From: a virus
Virus record (IMG/VR): IMGVR_UViG_3300014822_000040
Coordinates: 1 to 26,992 of that record
Strand: one strand, 5' to 3'
Length of the DNA: 26,992 nt
Shown here: one piece after another, positions 1 to 5,470 of the stretch
Numbering within the stretch: the first letter of the stretch is position 1
How the letters are laid out: each line of letters opens with the position of its first letter
Translations under genes and position numbers: made by a program
The notes under the pieces: model-generated
Told to the model about the DNA's origin: nothing
Seen by the model: the letters and a program-made list of their open reading frames with translations, nothing else
The model's database searches: none

Positions 1-99
1 GGCGGCTGCTCGCCCGCCTTGCAGAAGCTGAGCCGAAGGTACTGGCAGGGGCTGCTGGTATATTCGGTGGGGCTCTGACAGGGGCTCTGACCGCGCTGA
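1..99. repeat. Terminal direct repeat, copy 1 (identical to 26894-26992); contig self-overlap showing a circular or circularly permuted genome
   Basis: Base-by-base comparison shows ggcggctgctcgcccgcc...ctgaccgcgctga at both ends. The match is exactly 99 nt and identity stops at base 100. Confidence 0.95.
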
Positions 100-134
100 C
101 AGCGTGGCTGCAATCCGGAGGAATCCATGGATAG
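1..134 (+). CDS. 3' end of the junction-spanning ORF (continuation of 26323..26992); C-terminal glycine-zipper membrane anchor, stop TAG at 132-134
   Basis: The frame carried over from 26992 (= base 99) reads ...LAGAAGIFGGALTGALTALTAWLQSGGIHG* with no stop until 132-134. Confidence 0.6.
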   Translation, partial: RLLARLAEAEPKVLAGAAGIFGGALTGALTALTAWLQSGGIHG

Positions 135-327
135 GAACCAGGCTTCAAGGGACAGGGAGAAGGCCCTGGCTGCGCTACGTGGCAGCCTTACCACAGCCCG
201 GGTGGAACTGCAGAGGGCAGAGAAGCTGCTTCTGCAGTTTGTCGAGGCAGAATCCAAAGCACCCCCCGTCAGGAAGCCTGACTCCCTTCATCCTTGGTTC
301 CCAGCAACACGCCCGAGAGCTGGCTGA
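127..327 (+). CDS. Hypothetical small protein (66 aa), N-terminal half predicted helical/coiled-coil
   Basis: GGAGGA at 117-122 lies 4 nt upstream of ATG 127. The start overlaps the end of the preceding ORF, suggesting coupling. The alternative frame 104..409 is Arg/Pro/Ser-rich and looks less protein-like. Confidence 0.45.
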   Translation: MDRNQASRDREKALAALRGSLTTARVELQRAEKLLLQFVEAESKAPPVRKPDSLHPWFPATRPRAG

Positions 328-490
328 CAGCCAGCCATCTTCCTCACGATGGGAAACCGAGGATCGTCCTCCTCCAGCACGAAGTGCGAGAAGAGGTCAC
401 CCCTGGTGATGAGGGTGACCCATACCCACGGTCTTGAAGTTGCAGTCAGGGATGTTCACGAGGTTCTCCGGATTCTATCTGCCCCAACGT

Positions 491-532
491 AAAACGAGAA
501 GAAGGCTCCTCCAACAAGCGGAAGGGCCTTCG
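491..532 (-). terminator. Candidate rho-independent terminator of the leftward replication operon
   Basis: The minus strand reads GAAGGCCC-loop-GGAGCCTTC followed by TTCTCGTTTT. It sits 33 nt downstream of the stop of the 30-aa ORF, in the convergent zone. Confidence 0.4.
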
Positions 533-564
533 TGTGCTACAAGCTGTGCTGGCTGGAACCCCAG

Positions 565-657
565 TCAGAGGAGGTAGGAGCTATACCCCCATAAGAACAG
601 CAGAAATGCTGTAAGGGTCAGGGCGATGTTGGCTGCGCCGATGAGGTTGTGCTTCAT
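565..657 (-). CDS. Small hydrophobic peptide, 30 aa (MKHNLIGAANIALTLTAFLLFLWGYSSYLL), single predicted TM helix
   Basis: It is below the ORF-track size cutoff. The minus strand reads GAAGGAG-ttccac-ATG, a strong SD with 6-nt spacing. It starts 31 nt after the replicase stop and is followed by the terminator hairpin. Confidence 0.5.
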   Translation of the reverse strand: MKHNLIGAANIALTLTAFLLFLWGYSSYLL

Positions 658-688
658 GTGGAACTCCTTCTGTGGAGAGGTGGGGAGC

Positions 689-2905
689 CTACCGGAACTT
701 TTCATTGTAAGTGCTGCCGAAGACCTTCTCATCCTCGGGATGGCCGTCCCTGACCCACATGCGGATCTTCCCCCGGCCGTCGATGAGCTTCCTCTTCTGC
801 GTGTACCCGGCGTTCCTCATGATGGCGGCAACCCTCATCTCGTCCCACCTGCTGATCTGACTGGTCTCCTTGCCGATGGCGTACTTCAGCAGGTCGCGGG
901 TGGTGAGCATGGTCATACCGCCGTACCCTGACTTCCGAGCGTAGGTCAGCACGTCCTCGGCCCAGGAGTCCTCGACGGTGCTCTCCTCCTGCTCCGGCTT
1001 GAGCAGCTTCTGCTCCTCCATCGTCAGGTAGCACCGCTCCCCCTGCTGAACGCGCTGGACTGCCTCTGCCCAGAGCTGCGGGGCGTCCTCCGTGAGGGCC
1101 TCCACGTCGATCACGCCGGGAACGTCCACGATCAGGAACCTACGGTTGCCCGTGCTGTCCTTGAGTGGAGTGCTCTCGTTTGTCGTCCCGATGAAGCTGC
1201 AGCTCCGAGGAACCTCCACGACGGTCTTGCCATAAGGAGGTCGGAATCGGTCTACTGTAGTCGTAAGGAAGTCCTTCACATCCTCGGTCTTCGCTCGACT
1301 CATCGCGGACAACTCAGGCAGCTCAACGAGGAAGACGCCCCCCAAGATCATCAGCGCGTCCTTGCTGGTCATGTCGCGGGAGAGCTGACCCGCCCATGCG
1401 CTCTTGAGTGCCAGGGCACGGACCAGCCTGGTCTTGCCGATGCCCTGCTCCCCCTTGAGCATCAGAGTCAAGTCCTGCTTGGCCCCCGGGCGGACCCCCC
1501 TGCGGGCTGCTCCAAGCATCCAGGTCCGCGCCTTGAGGCGGGTGGACTCGGAGTCCTCCACGCCGAGATAGGTTGTCAGCCAGGTATCCACGCGAGGCAC
1601 GCCGTCCCAGACGAGCTGCTCAAGGTGCTCCTTGATCGGGTTCCGGGGCTTCTTATTGCAGAGGAAGGCGACGGCCTCAGCGATCGTCTGGACGGCGTAG
1701 CTGCGCTGGTCCGACCGAGCGCGGCTCATGGCGACAGCCAGCTCCAAGTACAGAGCATCGTCCACCGGGGTATCACGGAGCATCGGCTTGTGGGACGTAG
1801 TGTCCAGCCAGAAGTCCCCGGACTCCAGGATCTTAATGGCGGTCTCCCGGGTGGGTGGGTCTTCCTTGGCCTTCTTTTTGCCCCCCTCATCGTCCCCACA
1901 GGCGTCCTCCGGGTAGGGCCTCCACTCGTGGCTCTGCTCCCCCCAGCTCGGACCGGAAGTCACCGTCACGTACCCCTCCTCCCCCTCGTGCCCGATCGCC
2001 ATCAGCATGAGGTTTCGCAGTGTCTTCTTGAGGTCGGGACGATCAGCGCGGACAGACCAGACGATCCCGTCATGCAGGGGGATCAGCGGGTAGAGGTCGT
2101 CCTTCGTGAAGACCTTCTTCTCCCAGCCGTCCACGATGTAGTCCAGAACACGATAGAAGGCGTCGGCCTCCACGGCCTGAAGGTAGCAACCCACCAGAGC
2201 GGACTTCCTGCGACGGTCCAGCCCGTCCCTGTTCGTCCCATCGGGGATTGTCCGAGTGCGAGCCTTGGTCTTCAGCTCGTAGCCAGCAGCGACGATCTCA
2301 GAGGACTTGGCCTCCTTCCACGCAGCGACCTTCGGCCACACCTGGGAGATCTGCTTGACCATCTCCGTGCCCTTGATCTTCACGCCGAAGGCCTGCCGGG
2401 CCTTCTTGGTGATGGTGAGCCCCGTTCCTCCGTTCAGCCAGATCTGCACGGAGAGCTTGGCAACCTTCCGGCAGATCTGGGGGTCGTCGATGCCGTGCCC
2501 CTGCAGCCAGGGGATCAGCTCCTCGTAGCTCTTGGGCTCGTCCCCGCTCTCCTCGATGGCGATGCGGAGGTGAGAGGCGGTCCAGTCTGTCACGACGATC
2601 ACCCTGCCAGGGTCGCAGATGCAGGCGCGAAGGGCACGGGGCAGTGACTGAATGAGGATAGGGTTGGTGCTCGTCAGACGGCCCGCGTAGTGGACACGGT
2701 AGGCCGGGTACAGCTTACCATCCCGGGCCTGCTTCGGCAGGTAGCGCCAGAGCGTCTTCTTGCTCCGGGAGAGGGTGGCGTAGCCCTCCTCATACGCGGA
2801 CAAGTCCAGGCTCAGGGGGTGGTCGAACAGGTTGACGTAGTGTGTGTCGTGAGCTACGGTCACCGTATCCTCTGGGTCTTGCAGGGTCTTAGAGGTGTGG
2901 AACAT
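689..2905 (-). CDS. Replicase: N-terminal minimal family-A DNA polymerase-like domain (aa ~1-330) fused to a VirE/D5-like SF3 P-loop NTPase (helicase) domain with a winged-helix-like C-terminus (aa ~380-738)
   Basis: 738-aa ORF. Pol I landmarks are YAGRLTSTNPILIQSLP, VVTDWTASHLRI (motif A), RKVAKLSVQIWLNGG (motif B), YLQAVEADAF and IPLHDG (motif C). VirE-type landmarks are LVWDGVPRVDTWL, Walker A GEQGIGKT, VFLVELPE, FIGTTN, NRRF and the C-terminal WDEMRVAAIMRNAGY. Confidence 0.8.
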   Translation of the reverse strand: MFHTSKTLQDPEDTVTVAHDTHYVNLFDHPLSLDLSAYEEGYATLSRSKKTLWRYLPKQARDGKLYPAYRVHYAGRLTSTNPILIQSLPRALRACICDPGRVIVVTDWTASHLRIAIEESGDEPKSYEELIPWLQGHGIDDPQICRKVAKLSVQIWLNGGTGLTITKKARQAFGVKIKGTEMVKQISQVWPKVAAWKEAKSSEIVAAGYELKTKARTRTIPDGTNRDGLDRRRKSALVGCYLQAVEADAFYRVLDYIVDGWEKKVFTKDDLYPLIPLHDGIVWSVRADRPDLKKTLRNLMLMAIGHEGEEGYVTVTSGPSWGEQSHEWRPYPEDACGDDEGGKKKAKEDPPTRETAIKILESGDFWLDTTSHKPMLRDTPVDDALYLELAVAMSRARSDQRSYAVQTIAEAVAFLCNKKPRNPIKEHLEQLVWDGVPRVDTWLTTYLGVEDSESTRLKARTWMLGAARRGVRPGAKQDLTLMLKGEQGIGKTRLVRALALKSAWAGQLSRDMTSKDALMILGGVFLVELPELSAMSRAKTEDVKDFLTTTVDRFRPPYGKTVVEVPRSCSFIGTTNESTPLKDSTGNRRFLIVDVPGVIDVEALTEDAPQLWAEAVQRVQQGERCYLTMEEQKLLKPEQEESTVEDSWAEDVLTYARKSGYGGMTMLTTRDLLKYAIGKETSQISRWDEMRVAAIMRNAGYTQKRKLIDGRGKIRMWVRDGHPEDEKVFGSTYNEKFR

Positions 2906-2938
2906 GAAGTCGTTCTCTCGTTGATGTGGGTGATCTGA

Positions 2939-2977
2939 CCCCCCCTGCCAGGAGAAGGGCAGGGGGGGTTTCTCTTT
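2939..2977 (+). terminator. Strong GC stem-loop (11-bp perfect stem CCCCCCCTGCC/GGCAGGGGGGG, 8-nt loop) with a T-rich tail only on the + strand; lies between two minus-strand genes
   Basis: The stem is 2939-2949 paired with 2958-2968, and tttctcttt follows at 2969-2977. On the minus strand the hairpin is preceded by AAAGAGAAA and has no U-tract after it. Confidence 0.45.
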
Positions 2978-2978
2978 G

Positions 2979-3326
2979 CTAACCCGCCAGCTGGTTTGCG
3001 AGACGCTGCAGGTAGCGGAACTCGGCAGCCTTCATCTTGTACTCCTCAGGAGCGTGGACCAGAGCTCCGTGAACCGTCCTCAACCACACGGCGAAGGTGT
3101 ACCAGGCAGCAGGGAGCTCCTCCCTATTCTCCAGCCAGATGTCAGACAGCAGCCTTGACGCCGTAGAAGCATACTGCATCGCGGTCTGATCCGTGTACCC
3201 CAGGTCCCTCAGCCAGTCCTGGAAGTCGTGAAGCGTGCGGAGAGGAACGAGGTTCAGGACAACGTCCCCATCTCGCCCCTTCACCGTGTAGTTCATAAGC
3301 TGGATATCGCCTTTTCTATGCAGCAT
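2979..3326 (-). CDS. Hypothetical protein (115 aa), first gene of the leftward operon; weak resemblance to an integrase core-binding/SAM-like helical DNA-binding domain
   Basis: The ORF has a purine-rich leader (gaagagagaagagagATG). The segment DFQDWLRDLGYTDQTAMQYASTASRLLSDIW resembles the F..wL...g.s..T...Y...l pattern of core-binding domains. No catalytic integrase domain is present. Confidence 0.6.
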   Translation of the reverse strand: MLHRKGDIQLMNYTVKGRDGDVVLNLVPLRTLHDFQDWLRDLGYTDQTAMQYASTASRLLSDIWLENREELPAAWYTFAVWLRTVHGALVHAPEEYKMKAAEFRYLQRLANQLAG

Positions 3327-3538
3327 CTCTCTTCTCTCTTCTTGGAAGAGGGGAATCAGTTCCCCACGTTCTATTCTTCTATACCACCTTTATAGGTCCC
3401 TGTAAAGAGGATGGGATGATCTTTGCTGAGAAAATCCTCACCTTCCCGGATCTGACTCCCGCCCGTCCTCCCTCCCGGCCGTGGTTCCTGCGGCAGGACG
3501 GTCCTCTCATGTCGAGGTAGAACCCCCGGTATCGGCCA

Positions 3539-3862
3539 GGACCAACCTTGAGGTCGGTGATACCAACCTTGTTTGGAGGTTGGTCAGTCCAGGATATGGT
3601 AGGTTCTACCTTATATATACTCTCTGGACCAACCTACTCTTCTTATTTTTAAAGAGTATTAGTAGTAGTATGCACATAGAAACGCTGCATAGAGCACACG
3701 AGCATATGCAAAATAGAGCTGCACACACGCCCTTATATATAAAAGTTTGGACAGGTTTTTAGCGGAGGTTGGTCCACGCCGATAACAGGCATTCAACGCG
3801 GGATATGGCCGGGACCGACCCCAAAAAGGGGTTGGGAACAGCGGTTGGTCCTGACCATATCC
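3539..3862. promoter_or_regulatory. Divergent control region / candidate replication origin: AT-rich core (~3611-3760) flanked by iteron-like repeats
   Basis: AGGTTGGTCC or its complement occurs at 3539-3548(-), 3562-3569(-), 3577-3585(+), 3626-3635(-), 3766-3775(+) and 3843-3851(+), with a degenerate copy at 3812-3820(-). GGATATGG occurs at 3592-3599 and 3801-3808, and its complement at 3855-3862. CCTTATATATA occurs at 3609-3619 and 3731-3741. No convincing ORF is present. Confidence 0.55.
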
Positions 3863-4078
3863 AGGCAGGAGAGGGCGCTACTACCGTCTCCTCTCGTCTT
3901 AGCAGTTCACATCTCACCTGCCTTAGAGACGTTTCTGTGGAGAGGGGGCAGGACTGGGAGTCCGGTGGGGTGTGAAGTCCGAGCCCAGACCACCTGAAAA
4001 TCAGGGTGAACAAAAAGGGGTGCAGGAGGAATAGTCGTGTTATGATAAGGGCATACGCCATGTAAGAGGAGCAACACC

Positions 4079-4342
4079 ATGGGGTACAAGGCTTTGGAGG
4101 AGGAGCGCGAGTCCACGGATCTTCTGTCTCCTGCTGCCGTCCGGGACATGCACGCGGTTCTCCTGGAGAAGCATGGTGAGCAGGAGCAGGCCTTGCGCGA
4201 AGCCCACGCCTTGCAGGACAAGCTGCTTGCTGAGCTTGCGGAGGCCCATGGAGAGGTGGCGAAGATTCGTAAGGAACTTACCACGCTTGGGCAGGCCCTC
4301 ATCGCTCTTGAGAGGCACATGCAGGCGCATCTTAGGGACTGA
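4079..4342 (+). CDS. Hypothetical coiled-coil protein (87 aa), first gene of the rightward operon
   Basis: AAGAGGAG at 4064-4071 lies 7 nt upstream of the ATG. The sequence is heptad-like and rich in Glu, Leu and Ala. Confidence 0.65.
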   Translation: MGYKALEEERESTDLLSPAAVRDMHAVLLEKHGEQEQALREAHALQDKLLAELAEAHGEVAKIRKELTTLGQALIALERHMQAHLRD

Positions 4343-4343
4343 C

Positions 4344-4652
4344 GTGGACGATGCTTCTTACCGGAGCCTGCGCGGGTCGATGGCGTTCCTACCCAAGAGC
4401 TTCGTCGAGGAGTTCGTCGTTGATCTGGAGAGGCGCATTCGTGAGCAGAGCGTGGGAGCCCCTGATGAGGGGTGTTCCTGCTCCGTCGCGAGGGAGTCCT
4501 TTCAGGAGATGCTGGAGGTGCTGGACATGCTGGAGAAGCTGCGGTCGATACTCTCCTCCTCGACTCGCAGCAGGCGAAGGCGAGACGAGCTGAGTAGGAT
4601 AGCAGGTGTCCTATTTCGCTGCCGGGAACGACTGGAGGCCCTTGATGAGTGA
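4344..4652 (+). CDS. Hypothetical protein (~102 aa; start uncertain, GTG 4344 or ATG 4380)
   Basis: The track ORF 4173..4652 only looks protein-like after ~4344 (..FLPKSFVEEFVVDLERRIREQ..EMLEVLDMLEKLR..). Its upstream part overlaps the 4079 gene and is Arg/Cys/Pro-rich. GTG 4344 follows the upstream stop directly, with AGGGA 5 nt upstream. Confidence 0.5.
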   Translation: MDDASYRSLRGSMAFLPKSFVEEFVVDLERRIREQSVGAPDEGCSCSVARESFQEMLEVLDMLEKLRSILSSSTRSRRRRDELSRIAGVLFRCRERLEALDE

Positions 4653-5094
4653 CGACGACGACACCAGGCCAGCCTGGGACATTACTTCCTGGCGCGCTCC
4701 CACGAGGGGGCGCACGTCCCGACTGACTCCCGAGGTGCAGCAGGCTTATTGCGAGATGATCGCGCATGGTGCTACGGGGACCCTCGCCGCGAAGAGGGTG
4801 GGCGTGGGAACGACCACGATCCGCAACTGGATTCTGCGGGGGGCGCGAGACATTCAGTCAGGGAAGGACTCGATCTACCGGACCTTCAAAGAGGCTGTGG
4901 ACTTCGCTGAGGCGCAGCAGGCAGCTCGTATGCTGAACAACATCGAGCAGGCTGCTACCCGCGACTGGAAGGCATCCGCGTGGATGCTGGAGAGGAGGCA
5001 CGGGTACACCCGGCCCCCGCACGTTGAGCGGAAGGAGAGCATCACTGAGGAGGAGATGGCCTTCCTGGCGTCCCTGGAGACGACGGATGACTAA
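4645..5094 (+). CDS. terS: Terminase small subunit (149 aa), HTH-containing
   Basis: GGAGG at 4633-4637 lies 7 nt before ATG 4645, and the start overlaps the upstream stop. There is an HTH-like segment (GTLAAKRVGVGTTTIRNWILRG) and the small-terminase-typical RDWKASAWMLERR. The gene sits just upstream of the large terminase. Confidence 0.7.
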   Translation: MSDDDDTRPAWDITSWRAPTRGRTSRLTPEVQQAYCEMIAHGATGTLAAKRVGVGTTTIRNWILRGARDIQSGKDSIYRTFKEAVDFAEAQQAARMLNNIEQAATRDWKASAWMLERRHGYTRPPHVERKESITEEEMAFLASLETTDD

Positions 5095-5470
5095 GGCAGA
5101 GGTCGAGAGACTGTTTACGGACATCCCGCCCAACGCGGAGACTGCTCCGAAGTACGCTCGGATCAAGGCAGCAGAGCACAAGCTCAAGCTGCAGCTCACT
5201 GAGATACTGCGGGGGACCGGACCGGACTTGCTCGCCCGGACCACGGAGAGCACGAGGGCTTTTGCCTATGTCCTCGTCGAGGAATCTCCTTCTTCTCCCG
5301 ATCTGTCGGCTGCTATCCGTTGTGTCCGCCTCGCCAGGGAGCTGGTGAACGAGGGGGTCGCTACGGGGCATCTCCACGAGGTGACGGAGCCTGCCTTTCT
5401 GCAGGTGACCTTGGCAAGGATGCAAGCCTGCGCTGCCATCGCTCTCGCATCGGGGGAGGACATCCAGTAG
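5087..5470 (+). CDS. Hypothetical protein (127 aa) inserted between the small and large terminase genes
   Basis: ATG 5087 is preceded by GGAGA with 7-nt spacing and overlaps the terS end by 8 nt. The longer track start at 5024 adds an Arg/Trp-rich extension inside terS. Confidence 0.6.
   Translation: MTKAEVERLFTDIPPNAETAPKYARIKAAEHKLKLQLTEILRGTGPDLLARTTESTRAFAYVLVEESPSSPDLSAAIRCVRLARELVNEGVATGHLHEVTEPAFLQVTLARMQACAAIALASGEDIQ

Noticed and set aside
1-99. Reading the 99-nt terminal repeat as a physical T7-like direct terminal repeat
   Set aside because: The repeat lies inside an open reading frame and has no flanking non-coding context. An assembly overlap of a circular or permuted genome is the simpler reading. 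Read-terminus analysis is needed to settle it.
104-409. 101-aa + strand ORF overlapping the 66-aa ORF at 127..327
   Set aside because: The product is rich in Arg, Pro, Ser and Trp. Its GTG start lies inside the end of the junction-spanning ORF with no SD. The 127 frame has a GGAGGA SD and a more protein-like N-terminal half.
2979-3326. Integrase or lysogeny module
   Set aside because: There is only a weak core-binding-like segment. I found no tyrosine or serine recombinase catalytic domain, repressor pair or att-like site, so nothing supports a temperate lifestyle.
3378-3406. Sigma70-like hexamers. On the minus strand, TTTACA-17 nt-TATAGA (3401-3406 / 3378-3383). On the plus strand, an extended -10 TGTTATGAT at 4038-4046 and TTGACA at 10630-10635.
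   Set aside because: The host is unknown, and all the -10 candidates except TATGAT at 4041-4046 lack the conserved final T. I record them as candidates only, not as features, until transcription starts are mapped.
3481-3762. 93-aa + strand ORF (and 3769..3975, 3759..4061) inside the divergent intergenic region
   Set aside because: It runs straight through the AT-rich repeat core, has no SD, and its composition changes abruptly. It is more likely non-coding control DNA, although small-protein coding cannot be fully excluded.
3539-3862. Possible CRISPR array or tRNA/ncRNA gene in the repeat-rich intergenic region
   Set aside because: The repeats are only 8-11 bp, occur in both orientations and are irregularly spaced, so there is no repeat-spacer periodicity. 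I found no cloverleaf or T-loop (GGTTCGAATCC-type) signature anywhere in the window.
3907-4767. 286-aa minus-strand ORF spanning the start of the rightward operon
   Set aside because: The sequence is Arg/Ser/Pro/Cys-rich and low-complexity. It is antisense to three SD-led, protein-like + strand genes. This is a typical shadow ORF of GC-rich DNA.
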